Part shown: in pieces, positions 1-12,621 of the stretch
How the letters are laid out: each line of letters opens with the position of its first letter
Numbering within the stretch: position 1 is the stretch's first letter
NCBI GenBank assembly: GCA_951406725.2
Contig: OX597828.1
Span: forward strand, 75,268,001 to 75,332,000
Reading direction: 5' to 3'
DNA: 64,000 bases
Source of the DNA: Octopus vulgaris
Taxonomy: Eukaryota
The notes under the pieces: generated by a model
Databases searched by the model: none
Told to the model about the DNA's origin: nothing
Seen by the model: only the letters and a program-made list of their open reading frames with translations
Translations under genes and position numbers: made by a program

Positions 1-277
1 TGAACAAAATACCGTGTAATATCCAATTACCTCCCTTTATGTTCTTTGACTTTCATCTCTCCGGTAGGTGGGTGGGTGGCGGATGTGGTGTTGAATTGTA
101 ATCTCCTCCTTTCCTTTCTCTGTATATATCACTGATCATTATACAGGAAGACGATCGGGCTAAGCAGGAGAGCCTGGAGTCATCGGTTCAAATCAAAGAC
201 ACGGATGTGGTGACTCTTGATCGTTTGTGGGTTCGATAGCAAATAGTAGTTCTAGGACGGGAGTTGATTGGACAAAT

Positions 278-317
278 TGCTGCTGCTGCTGATGACGCTG
301 AGAAGGATGACGACGAA

Positions 318-348
<31 letters not shown>

Positions 349-590
349 ATGACGATGGTCATGCTGCTGTTGCTGCTGTTGGTGATAACGATAACGATGA
401 TGAAGGACCATGGCGATGATGATGACGACGACGATGGTGATTATGATGAATGACGATGATGATGATGATGAGGTTGACGATGACCATGATGATGATGATG
501 ATGATGATGATGCCGATGACGATGTTCACGCTGTTATTGCCATTGATGGTGATGATGGTGAGGATGACGATGGGAGTGATGATAATAATG
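278..590. repeat. Compound (GAT)n/(GCT)n/(GAC)n trinucleotide low-complexity tract
   Basis: Repeats are directly visible; they explain the poly-M/D/H/I ORFs in the track. Confidence 0.9.
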
Positions 591-1187
591 GCAAAGACCT
601 TATTTTTTTTTCTCCTCCAGGAATATTTTCTACTTAAAAAAAAAACTAAAACCGTTTTAAAAAAAATCAACAACGGATTTTAAGCCTACAACTTTATTAT
701 AACTTTTTATGATCTCAACGCATAACGAAATGTGGATCTTTCTTAAGCAACAATTTAAGGAAGCGCTGTATCCAAGAAATTTACTTCATTATCACGTGGT
801 TTCGAGTTCGAAGCAGAAAGCAAAGGTACACCATTGTCCTCGCTCGACGATTACACACACACATTTGCACACACACACACACACACTTGCACACACACAC
901 ACACACACACTTGCACACACATACACACACCCACGGAGATATAAAAGAGTTTCACTGAATAAACTTAAGTGCATAGTGTAAACAAGAGTTTTTTGTTTCC
1001 AGGAGGAAAATCACATTTTAACCAACCAGTTTCGCTGACGTTCAGCAAACTCAGTTTAAAGTATGTTCTGGAATACATACATACATACATACATACATAC
1101 ATACATACATACATACATACATACATACATTCATATATATATATACATACATACATAAATACATACATACATACATACATACATACA

Positions 1188-1218
<31 letters not shown>

Positions 1219-1347
1219 GTTTCCGGTGATTTGCTTGAATTCGACAGCTGTTTCGAGTTGGCGTAGAGGAATCAATGTGAATATTACAGCAGCATAAACA
1301 GCCGCGAAAGTGGGAGCGGTGATGGTGGTAGTGAGGATTTTATTGAC

Positions 1348-1742
1348 GGCGGCGAACTAGCGGAAACGTTAGCACGCCGGGCGAAGTGCTTAGCCGTATT
1401 TCGTCTGCCGTTACGTTCTGAGTTCATATTCCGCCGAGATCGACTTTGCCTTTCATCCTTTCGGGGTCGATTAAATAAGTACCAGTTACGCACTGGGGTC
1501 GATATAATCGACTCGATCTGTTTGTCTGTTCTTGTTTGTCTCTTCTGTGTTTAGCCCCTTGTGGGTAGTAAAGAAATAAGTATTTCGTCCGTCTTTACGT
1601 TCTGAGTTCGAATTCCGCCGAGGTCGACTTTACCTTTCATCCTTTCGGGGTCGATAAATTAAGTACCAGTTGTGTACTGGGGTCGATTTAATCGACTGCC
1701 CCCCCCCAAAAAAATTTCGGGCCTTGTGCTTAGAGTAGAAAA
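1348..1742 (+). mobile_element. tRNA-derived SINE, family A (octopus-type), with internal partial duplication
   Basis: Head GGCGGCGAACTAGCGGAAACGTTAGCACGCCGGGCG, B-box-like GAGTTCATATTCC and body GACTTTGCCTTTCATCCTTTCGGGGTCGAT. The block at about 1397-1510 is repeated at about 1580-1697. Homologous to copies at 21099 and 58761. Confidence 0.85.
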
Positions 1743-2450
1743 TAATGGTAGTATTGATGATAAAGGTGGTAGTGATGGGTGTTGCGGTGATGTTGGTGAT
1801 GATGGTAGTGGTAGTGGTGGAGGTGGCAGTGGTGTGGTGATGGTGGAGAAAGGTTTTTAAAGTGTTGATGTTGGTGTCAATGGAGGCGTTGGTGGTGTTG
1901 GTGTTAGGAGTACAAGTGCTGGTGTTATGGCTGTGATGTGATTTTGATGGTTCTTGTTGTGTTTGCGGTAGTAGTGTTAATGGTGATGATGATGGTTGTG
2001 GGCTGGTGACGGCGATGGCTGATAGAAGAATGGATTATTTTGGTTTTTTTGGCAAGTAATTTTTGAATAAATAAATAAATAAATAAATAAAAGCGCCTAA
2101 AAAACCAAAAGAGAAAGACCAGAAGATTTGTGGAATATAAACGATGGTTCGAAGACAATCCACAATAAATTCTTCTGGAGATCGAAAGTATCGACAGAAC
2201 CATTCTTGTGATTCATCAATGGAAGCAACGAGAGAAATTACTGATTAAAATATATTTTTACAACGGTAATAGCATCTTCGCCACCACTACCACCAGCACC
2301 ACTACCACCAGCACCACTACCAGCACCACCACTACTGAAACCAGAATTATTCTTTTGTAAATTTTCGATTTTCACTAAAGAAAGACTTATTGTCACTTGG
2401 GAAGAATCTTGGTTACAAAGCAATCTATAAGTTATTGTCAGTTACCGAAC

Positions 2451-2485
<35 letters not shown>

Positions 2486-2856
2486 AAGTAATTACTATTT
2501 AACTACAGTGTGTATATGCGTGTGTATGTGTGTGAGAGAGAGAGAGGGAGGGAGGGAGAGAGAAAGAGAGAGAGTGAAAGGAAGAGAGAGCGAGAGAAAG
2601 AGAGAAGGAGAGAGAGAAAGAGAGGAAGGGGAACAGTGTGGTGTGTGTGTATATATATATAGCTACCGTTTACCTACTGTGGGTGTACGTGTGTGTGAGA
2701 GAGAATGTGTGCGTGCGTGTGTGTACAATTACTATTTCGCTTATATGTGTGTATATACGTGTATGCTATGTGTGTGTATATACAGTTACTGATTAGCAAC
2801 TGTGTATGTATATGTGTGACTATAATTACGTTTAGCTACCGCGCGCACGCGCGTAA

Positions 2857-2972
<116 letters not shown>

Positions 2973-3199
2973 TTGTGTGTGTCTCCATATATCATCTTCA
3001 AACTCACCTTTTTTTTCCTCCCTACTTTTGCTATCTTTATACCAATCACTACTTCTCTCTCTCTTTCACTGTCCTTCTCTGGCATCATTTTGTTCTTCAC
3101 CCCAGACACTTTTCTTCTCTCTCTTTCTCTCTCTCTCTCTTCACACACACATACACACTCACGGCTCTCTAACACATTCGTTCAAATAGACCACTAAAT

Positions 3200-3332
3200 C
3201 CTAAAAGTAGATCTCAACTAATGGAACAGTCTTCATGTCTATTGAAATTGGTGAAACCTCTTCTTAGTAGGTTTTAATCTATGGAGAGAAGCTGGTGAAA
3301 ATTTGGCAATTTCTAGTCTTTTCAATAGCATC

Positions 3333-3390
<58 letters not shown>

Positions 3391-3455
3391 GGTAGTAGTA
3401 GTAGTAGTATTAGTGGTAGTAGTAGTGGCGAAGAATAGCTGGAAGGAGTTTACAG
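3200..3455 (+). other. Possible non-coding (5'UTR-like) exon ending at a consensus splice donor
   Basis: CAG|GTAAGT at 3453-3461 follows unique sequence plus (TAG)n. No ORF; the 5' boundary is unknown. Confidence 0.25.
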
Positions 3456-3522
3456 GTAAGTAAATGAGGGAAATATGTGATGAGGGTTAGCAGAATGTAA
3501 GAAAAAAAGTGAGAAAAATTAC

Positions 3523-3561
<39 letters not shown>

Positions 3562-3616
3562 AGTGAAACCATATGTATATCTTCATTCAATCCATCTATT
3601 TCCACTCACGTGTGTG

Positions 3617-3653
<37 letters not shown>

Positions 3654-3658
3654 CGCGC

Positions 3659-3816
<158 letters not shown>

Positions 3817-4105
3817 GGGGAGGGAGAGAGATAGAACGAAGATATATAAATAGTTGCTCGAGTAGTAACGGAGTCTGGTTGATTGGTGGAGTGATGTATG
3901 TGCATGTATTCATGTATGTATGTATGTATGTATTCATGTATGTATGTATGTATGTATGTATGTATGTATTCATGTATGTATGTATGTATGTATGTATGTA
4001 TGTATGTATGTATGTATGTATCTCCAAAAGTGCAAATGATACAGGTGTCCTGAAAAGCGAGATAAGAGAAGAGATAAAGGAAAAAAGAGAGGAGGTCGGT
4101 GAACC

Positions 4106-4136
<31 letters not shown>

Positions 4137-4388
4137 GAGTAGTAGAAGTAGAGGGAGGGTGGAAGGAGAAAAAAGTGGTTGAACCTGGTGTCATATGTAT
4201 ATATATTTGTTCGTGTATGTGCGTTTGTGTGTGCACGTGTGTATGTGATGTATTTATATGTATGTGGATGTATAATATATATGTGTGTATGTAGGTTTGA
4301 TGTGTTTTTACTGAGGGCGTGTATGTATACGTATGTGCGCGTGTATGTATGTATGTTCATGCCTGTGTCTCTATACGTATGGTCACGT

Positions 4389-4440
<52 letters not shown>

Positions 4441-4443
4441 TAT

Positions 4444-4502
<59 letters not shown>

Positions 4503-4534
4503 TATATACATACATACATATATATGGATGGATG

Positions 4535-4703
4535 GATGTAGCAACTATAGCTGAAAGATTAAAAGCTTGCTTCGCAATTCCGAAGGTTCCGTGTTCGATC
4601 TCACTGGGCGCCATTTTGAGCAAGTCTCTTTACCATAACACGTGGTCGACTAAAAGTTTGTGAGGTGAATTTGAGTTGAGGGGAAACTGTGAGGAAGCCT
4701 GTC
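4535..4703 (+). mobile_element. Decayed 5' half of SINE family B
   Basis: GGTTCCGTGTTCGATCTCACTGGGCGCCATTTTGAGCAAGTCTCTTTAC...GGAAACTGTGAGGAAGCCTGTC aligns to the family B head at 51881. Confidence 0.65.
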
Positions 4704-4704
4704 A

Positions 4705-5030
4705 GGTGAATTTTACCTATAATCATAAATATCCCTCTTTGTCAAAGCGAGTTTACCTGAGGATTATGTCAAAAGTTAGCTTTTCCATGGAATACCCAGC
4801 CTTATATTTACATGGATGGGCCGTGTCATGATGTTGAACTGTTTATCCCTACACATTGTTTTCTCTCTCCATGTTTTTCCCTCTCAACCATTTCTGTCGA
4901 AGATCGTAGGCACGAAACGTAAAAGACTTTTCCATTCTTCCCGAGCGTTAAACTAATAAACCTACTTGTTGTTCCTTCATCTGTCTTCGTCTTTTGTTTC
5001 CTGTAAATTTGAACTATGCATTCACCCACG
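4705..5030 (+). mobile_element. Short PLE pseudo-LTR-like element carrying a variant hammerhead motif (4891-4924)
   Basis: The 3' part is homologous to the inverted copy at about 34990-35177. Motif: TTT-CTGTCGA-A-GATCGTAGGCAC-GAAA-CG-TA-AAA. Confidence 0.55.
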
Positions 5031-5381
5031 CATATATATAAGTTATATAGCCTTTAGTTATAGTTAATACCTGACTGGACTCTTTCTTAAAATGATAAAT
5101 ACGAATCTCTTAGATTCTAGTCTTCTGCTAATTCCTTTCTCAAGTTCATTGTAAAAAATTTGTTAATACTTTCTGCACTGAAGAGTAGATTGATATGTAA
5201 TTTATTTAATTAATTTAATGAATTTAATTCAATTCAATTATGAATTTGCATTATTTTTATATCTCTGTACGAAATGATCGCCTACATGAATTAAAATTCT
5301 CTTATATTTTAATTTCTTCTCGTCCATTTTTAACAAAATTGTTGAGTTTTATGGGATTTCTTTCCATAAATTCACAACACA

Positions 5382-5439
<58 letters not shown>

Positions 5440-5995
5440 GTGTATGTATGTATATATAATATATCTATATCTATATATATATATAGATATATATATATAC
5501 ATATATATATATATATTTATATATATATATATGCTAGATCAATGTTCACTTCTTAGAATCCCTGCAATGCTGATTGCCGATAGCGGCGAGATCATCCATT
5601 TAGCTATGTGCATGTCTTGCTGAGGTATATGCCTCAGTAATAGACACAGTGGTGGTGGTGTAAGTGTAGCGAGATTATAACTAGCAATAGACAGGCTAAT
5701 GGAGATCGATAAATGAGTGTGTGTGTGTTGTGTGTGTGAGTGAGAGAGAGATAGTGTGAGAGAGTTAGGGAAACAATGGGCAACACAGACACGTACAAAC
5801 TAGTTACCAGTTCAAATATGCTTGAGGCATATTCGAACCCGTATGAGCAGCCATTCAGTGTATTTTGTCAAGGGGAAAATTTCTCCCTGTTGTCAAATAA
5901 GTGCAAATACACCGAGTCTACTCACAGCAATCCATAACCAGGGTGTGGAACGTATGCATTTCAGAGTGGTTATCTTGTCTTCAGTCACACACACA

Positions 5996-6234
5996 CAGGG
6001 TTGGCCAAAAATCACCCGACAGTAAATCAAAATTCCATAAATATTTAATATTCAATTTTATTTATTCCTTCCAATTATGAATGTTTAATAATTAAAATCT
6101 GGGAGTTAAAATCACCGTTTTTTTTTTCAACATTTGTCTTTTTATTAGCGAAGTCTCATATAAAATTATTTTTTGCTTAAATCTTGGAATTAAATGGTTT
6201 TGATTTACTGTCAGGTGACTTTTGGCCAACTCTG
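5996..6234. mobile_element. Tc1/mariner-type MITE
   Basis: About 37-bp terminal inverted repeats (TIRs) CAGGGTTGGCCAAAAATCACCCGACAGTAAATCAAAA / TTTTGATTTACTGTCAGGTGACTTTTGGCCAACTCTG, followed by TA. AT-rich non-coding interior. Confidence 0.85.
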
Positions 6235-6466
6235 TATATAGGTGTATCTTAGGTAGATAGCTTATATGATAGCTTATATGCAACAGTCTCGGTTAGGTTA
6301 AGAATTAGAAAGAAAAAAAAAGAAGAGTCTGAAAATGTGATAATTACTTCTAATTATCTCACTACGGTGAGATTTTGACGCAGACGTTAAGATCTTGTAA
6401 AAATACTGTAAAGCATTTTTTTCGAAGTTCGAATGATTGTGCCAGCTTATAAAATAATAATAATCC

Positions 6467-6677
6467 TTTCTACTATAGGCACAAGGGCTGAAATGTTGGG
6501 GGAGGGTACTAGTCGATTACATCGACCCCCCCACCGTTTCACTGGTGCTTATTTTATCGACTTCAATAAAACGAAAGGCAAAGTCGACCCCGACGGAATT
6601 TGAACTCAGAATGTAGCGACGGGCGAAATACTGCTAAGTATTTTGTCCAGCTTGTTAACGATTCGTCAGCTCACCGT

Positions 6678-6678
<1 letters not shown>
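6467..6678 (-). mobile_element. SINE family A copy
   Basis: Reverse complement of the family A body (AAAGGCAAAGTCGACC...GGAATTTGAACTCAGAA), flanked by (AAT)n. Confidence 0.8.
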
Positions 6679-6736
<58 letters not shown>

Positions 6737-6976
6737 TAGATACTGTCCATTTCTCACTTGATATCTCCATGGAAACTAACTTCTATCTCGGTGCATTTGG
6801 CGAACGAAAGTATTAAAATCGTGTTGACCAGAGACACAACAGAAATAGTGTAAGTGACAAGAAAACGAACAATTAAACATCTAACGGCGAACAGCTCAGC
6901 CTCTTATCGATTCGGCCAGGCGAGAAGTATACGAGAGTTTAAGATATCAGTAATTGGTTAGTGACAATAGGTGAAA

Positions 6977-7033
<57 letters not shown>

Positions 7034-7281
7034 TGAGGTAGGATGAACGTTATGTGATGTAATGTCACTACAGCAAATATCTTTCTTCCCCTCCAATGCA
7101 CACCACACGTAGCAACTTCGGAGATATGGCGGAAAGAGTTGAGCAGGACAAGCAAAGAAAACAACCGTAAGATGATTATTAACAAACCACTCCCCGCCGC
7201 CACCTCTTTCTCTTTTACACACGTATATGCTTACAGGTACGCAAACACGCACACTTACATCCACATACATATACCTACATA

Positions 7282-8110
7282 TGTGGTCTGATCAATAAGT
7301 ATCCGGACTGTTGCATACTAACGAAGCTAAGGCACACAGAGTGAAGGCGCTTGGCACAGATTGACCTTGAACTCTGCTGTGCATTCTCACTAAGTTTTAA
7401 CGTTTTAGCTTAGTTCCGCTCTTTACAGCAGTGCTTGGAAGGAAGGTGTGTAGCGTGTGATCGCCCCTTTGACCATAACGCAGAAAGTTGAGCAGAGAAT
7501 CTGCATCAAATTTTGCCAAAAGCTTGGCGATGTCTGCTCAGAGGCCTACGCAAAGTTTGCAAAAACTTTTCATCGTTCTCGACATAATCAAAGAGATCTT
7601 GCGCAAATGAATGAGATCTGATTGTCATTTTGATCAGCTGAAAGCAATTTTGGCACAAACTTGGCAGACATGCGTCTCACACCCAAATCTTCGGTGATAA
7701 TGGACTGAACTGAACTGTAACTAATCTGCACATCTCAAAACTTACGGATGGGGATTAGACGATTTCTCGTCACAGCTGCAATGTTTTTTCTCAGTTCAGC
7801 TGGTTGCGGGTCTCCCAGAAATCTCGTCAATATCGACATTTTTTCTGTCATCTTGTGTGCGGCTCACACACTTCTCTCCATACACTTTCTGCTACTTTGT
7901 GTAGGCCTCTGAGCAGGTAACGCCATGACAACTTTCTCTGTCATGACCAATGCGACAACCACACGCTACACACCTTTCTTCCAGGCACTGCTGTAAACAA
8001 CGGAAGTGAACTACAACGTTAAAACGTAGTGCGCATGCACAGCAGCGGCTTCAGTCTGCGTGATTTAGCTTCGTTACCCTGCCAAAAGTCCGGATACTTA
8101 TTCATTATAG
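7282..8110. mobile_element. Mariner fold-back derivative: two inverted left ends around a minus-strand transposase fragment
   Basis: TIR ...ATAAGTATCCGGACT / AGTCCGGATACTTAT; arms about 7282-7556 and 7894-8110. Plus strand reads KVEQRICIKFCQKLG; minus strand reads ISYSSVQSIITEDLGVRRMSAKFVPKLLSADQ (mariner WVPHEL-equivalent linker). Confidence 0.85.
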
Positions 8111-8334
8111 TTAGACACACACATGCGCGTATGTATGCATGTATGTATTGTGTATGCATGTACTATAGCAATCTACATATCATGCTTAATGTATATACAC
8201 AGTTTGACAGGCCATTTACTGTAGTATTTGTCCTAAGATAACATCTCTTATGGATTTACTGTGTTAAAACAATAAATACCAGAGAGAGATGAAAGTTCGT
8301 CTCAGCATTGCTAGCAAGAGCACCAGACGCATTA

Positions 8335-9357
8335 CCATCCATCCATCCATCCATCCATCCATCCAACCATCCATCCATCCATCCATCCATCCATCCATCC
8401 ATCCAACCATCCAACCATCCATCCAACCATCCATCCATCCAACCATCCAACCATCCATCCAACCATCCATCCATCCATCCATCCAACCATCCATCCATTC
8501 ATCCATCCATCCATCCATCCAACCATCCAACCATCCATCCAACCATCCATCCATCCATCCATCCATCCCATCCATCCATCCATCCAACCATCCATCCATC
8601 CATCCATCCATCCAACCATCCAACCATCCATCCATCCATCCATCCATCCATCCATCCATCCATCCATCCAACCATCCATCCATTCATCCATCCATCCATC
8701 CAACCATCCAACCATCCATCCAACCATCCATCCATCCATCCAACCATCCATCCATTCATCCATCCATCCATCCATCCATCCAACCATCCAACCATCCATC
8801 CAACCATCCATCCATCCAACCATCCAACCATCCATCCAACCATCCATCCATCCATCCATCCATCCAACCATCCATCCATTCATCCAACCATCCAACCATC
8901 CATCCAACCATCCATCCATCCATCCATCCATTCATCCATCCATCCATCCATCCAACCATCCATCCATCCATCCATCCATCCAACCATCCAACCATCCATC
9001 CAACCATCCATCCATCCATCCATCCATCCATCCAACCATCCATCCATTCCATCCATCCATCCATCCAACCATCCAACCATCCATCCAACCATCCATCCAT
9101 CCATCCATCCATCCAACCATCCATCCATCCATCCATCCATCCATCCATCCAACCATCCATCCATCCATCCATCCAACCATCCAACCATCCATCCAACCAT
9201 CCATCCATCCATCCATCCATCCAACCATCCATCCATCCAACCATCCATCCAACCATCCATCCATCCATCCATCCAACCATCCAACCATCCATCCATCCAT
9301 CCATCCATCCATCCATCCATCCATCCATCCATCCATCCATCCATCCAACCATCCATC
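8335..9357. repeat. About 1-kb (CCAT)n tetranucleotide array with CCAA and TCAT variant units
   Basis: Directly visible; explains the HPSI/MDGW ORFs. Confidence 0.95.
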
Positions 9358-9498
9358 TAATTGATGTACATATAGCAGTTTTCAACCAGCGAACGGTGTA
9401 ACGTGGATCCCAAGTCACGAGAAAGAAATCTAGTTTAAATAGGGCCCACAACATGTATTGAGTACCTCCTTCCCCATTCGTTGATAAAATATGCCTAT

Positions 9499-9564
<66 letters not shown>

Positions 9565-9711
9565 GTTAAATGAAAGCGCTCACATTCTAGAAAAAAAACG
9601 TATTCCCAATAAAAGTTAGTAACATCTTCATAATAGATTTCACATTTAAAAAAATACCCACCTGTACACTTGAAAACCTGTATTAAGTAATTCTCATAGA
9701 CTTTCATATAA

Positions 9712-9763
<52 letters not shown>

Positions 9764-9792
9764 TTTATTTTAAGCAGCAGAAAAATCAACAA

Positions 9793-9836
9793 AATCTGTT
9801 ACTCTGAGTTTCTCGTTGCCGTTCATCAGACAGTTT
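9793..9836 (-). ncRNA. Minimal type I hammerhead ribozyme motif (inverted copy)
   Basis: Minus strand: CTGT-CTGATGA-ACGGCAACGA-GAAA-CTCAGAG-TA-ACAG. Confidence 0.65.
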
Positions 9837-9843
9837 TTGCTAG

Positions 9844-9887
9844 AATCTGTCTGATGAACGGCAACGAGAAACTCAGAGTAACAGATT
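9844..9887 (+). ncRNA. Minimal type I hammerhead ribozyme motif
   Basis: Stem I AATCTGT/ACAGATT (7 bp), core CTGATGA (9851-9857), GAAA (9868-9871), near-palindromic stem III ACTC-A-GAGT and a GUA cleavage triplet (cut after 9880). Stem II is only CG-GCAA-CG. Confidence 0.72.
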
Positions 9888-9986
9888 TTGTTGATTTTTC
9901 TGCTGCTTAAAATAAAGCATATTACTCTACCACTGGTATTTGAGTACTCTTTTTTCCACCTTGTTTCACATTTATGTGTTTACTCC

Positions 9987-10039
<53 letters not shown>

Positions 10040-10089
10040 TTATTTATATATATATATATATATAAAAATAAATATATATATATAAATAA

Positions 10090-10149
<60 letters not shown>

Positions 10150-10163
10150 TATATATATATAAA

Positions 10164-10227
<64 letters not shown>

Positions 10228-10269
10228 TGTATGTATGTATGTATGTATGCGTGCGTGCGTGTGTGTGTA

Positions 10270-10465
10270 GTCAAATTCAATAAACGAACATTCAAATTAA
10301 CAATAACAAGCAACAAGGGGTCGTGCTCAAGGAATTTATTAGTTTGATGCTTAGTAAAAAGACAGAGAGATTTCGACGTTTCGAGTTTAGCTTTTCGTTG
10401 GGAAAGAAAAGGAGAAAAGTCCAAAGATGGAAAAAAAAATCATCAACAGCACGTGATCGGAACGT
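10270..10465 (-). mobile_element. Decayed pseudo-LTR-like fragment with a degenerate hammerhead (10371-10405)
   Basis: Minus strand TTTC-CCAACGA-A-AAGCTAAACTC-GAAA-CG-TC-GAAA; same layout as the 4891 and 35085 motifs. Confidence 0.4.
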
Positions 10466-11107
10466 ATATACGTATGTATTTATGTGTACATATACGTACT
10501 AGAAAGTGTGCGTGTTTACACGTGTGTATATATGTGTATGGGTAAGTATATACTAACTCATGAGGAGGGATATAAAATTTGTAATTTTATTCATTTATGC
10601 ACAAGATCATCCGCTTTCGATGATCTATAAAACGATTGAAATATTACAATCCTCGATTTGAAAAGCCTGTATTTAAAACAGAACCTTTTAATCAGTTTAA
10701 GATATGCTCGGATGCGACTTTTCAACCCTGGCGCACAACTTGACCTGTCTTTGACCTTTGATCGTACACACATGGAACTCAATAGAAATAAATTCTGCAG
10801 ATGCTGCCTACTTAACTTCAACAAAGCTGATGACACTCGTTCAACCAGAACAATATCATTTTACTATCTTCTTTTCTACTACCATCCAATAACCATTTGC
10901 CCCCCCCTCTTCCTAGCCTTTCTTATATCCTCCCTCTCTCTCCCTCCTCCCTCTACTTTTCCTTTCTCTCCACAATTCTTTATTTCTGCTCACTCAATTA
11001 ATTGATCCACAGAGGTGTTCCTTCATATGTCACTATTAAACCACACTATTAAACCACACAAGATGAACCAAAAAATGTATAAATGGTTTTGAAAACCAGA
11101 AAAATTT

Positions 11108-11151
11108 ATAGCCTGACGAAGGCAGCTGAACCGAAACTTCGAAGTCACTGT
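11108..11151 (+). ncRNA. Minimal type I hammerhead ribozyme motif (stem I partly decayed)
   Basis: ATAGC-CTGACGA-A-GG-CAGCTGAA-CC-GAAA-CTTCGAAG-TC-ACTGT; perfect palindrome ACTTCGAAGT and a GUC triplet. Confidence 0.65.
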
Positions 11152-11893
11152 CACTTTTTCCTTTTAATACACATCCCCATGTATGCGTGTGTGCGCGCGC
11201 GCATATATAAAAATATATACGGAATCATACTTGAAAAGGTAAATATACATCTGCACGCGCTCATTCAAAAGAAAATGATCTTCTCTGCGCAAGTCATCAC
11301 ACATACATATACTGACACGTGCACACAAAAAAATTACACATACACACACACACTCATATAATATTTACTGTCCAGCAGGGAAATCGGATGGTTTTTAAAA
11401 CGGTAGTAATTAAAAACTGTCAGGTTTCCCTGCCGGAAACGTGTGTGCGCGTGTTCGCGTGTATGAGTGTATCAAACCATGTAACAATTTAGCACTCTTT
11501 CTACTAAGAAGCCTATCTCGTGTATATATATATACACAAACAGTTGCATATATAATATACAATCTTGACGTACACATAGCAGCGTACGGACATAAAATAC
11601 GTGACATTCATACGTAATACATATATCGCACATACACACAACACCTTTATAATATACTTACGTAACACACAAACACACACATATATATATATATATATAT
11701 GGCATACAAATACCACCTCCACCCCTCGTATACAGATAAAAGGCACACATATAATACTCTCACATGACTAACACACGCACACACGTTATTATATACTCAG
11801 ATAACAGACATACAAACAGAAACAATATTACATAATACATACATACATATAAATATAAATATATATATATTATATATATACATACATACACAT

Positions 11894-11935
<42 letters not shown>

Positions 11936-12211
11936 ATGTTTGTGTATGTGTGTATCGTGACTTTGTAACTTCCTCTCTGCGTCTCCTGCTACTGTCCCTC
12001 TCTGATATCTTTGAAGAGTCCGATTACTTTTGAAGAGCAATCAAAGGAAGCGACTGAAGAATGGCGAAAGTTATTGCAACAGGCCATCTCTGTAAGCTTT
12101 TATCTTTATGCCTGACGTCTTCCAACCTCCACAAAAGCAATCTTGCTACTATTAACCACGACAAGACTGCAAAAGAAAGAGCTCATTGTCACGACCTCCT
12201 CACACCTCTGA

Positions 12212-12267
<56 letters not shown>

Positions 12268-12339
12268 AACACACACAAACACACACACGTTTATCCATAC
12301 ACATGTATGATGGATCAAGTGTTGGTTTCGATAAACATG

Positions 12340-12480
12340 TATTCCTTTTGTTCAATCAACTGAACTTACCTACACACTGTGAAATACAATGAGAGTGGTT
12401 GAATATTCCACAGACGCTCGTACCTGTCTTTAATGAATAGCTTTGTGCCGACTTCATGTGATATTGGTGTGACAAGGCTG
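12340..12480 (-). mobile_element. Decayed SINE family C 3' fragment
   Basis: GTGAAATACAATGAGAGTGGTTGAATATTCCACAGACGCTCGTACC...GTGTGACAAGGCTG aligns to the 26810 and 63689 copies. Confidence 0.55.
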
Positions 12481-12582
12481 CTCATTCATTCATACATACT
12501 CATACGTATATATAAATACATGCATACACACCTACACACACATACACACACACACACACACACGTGCCTATATGCATACATA

Positions 12583-12621
<39 letters not shown>

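Larger units (their letters stand above)
9763..9989. mobile_element. Fold-back element in (TA)n: perfect 71-bp inverted repeat plus about 70-bp tail (PLE pseudo-LTR-like)
   Basis: Arms 9763-9833 and 9847-9917 are exact reverse complements with a 13-nt loop; (TA)n lies on both sides. Confidence 0.85.

Noticed and set aside
5175-5285. CTGAAGA-GTA...TAC-GAAA with a long AT-rich loop, in a TA-flanked segment
   Set aside because: Stems I and III do not pair convincingly. It may be a decayed motif but is not supportable.
5945-5990. Minus-strand CTGAAGA...GAAATGCATA
   Set aside because: The palindrome is present, but stems I and II do not form next to the core.
8256-9559. Long ORFs (up to 370 aa) of HPSI/MDGW repeats
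   Set aside because: They are translations of the (CCAT)n array, which lacks stop codons.
12050-12090. CTGAAGA-ATGGC-GAAA hammerhead-like string
   Set aside because: No stem II pairing and no palindromic stem III; likely chance.
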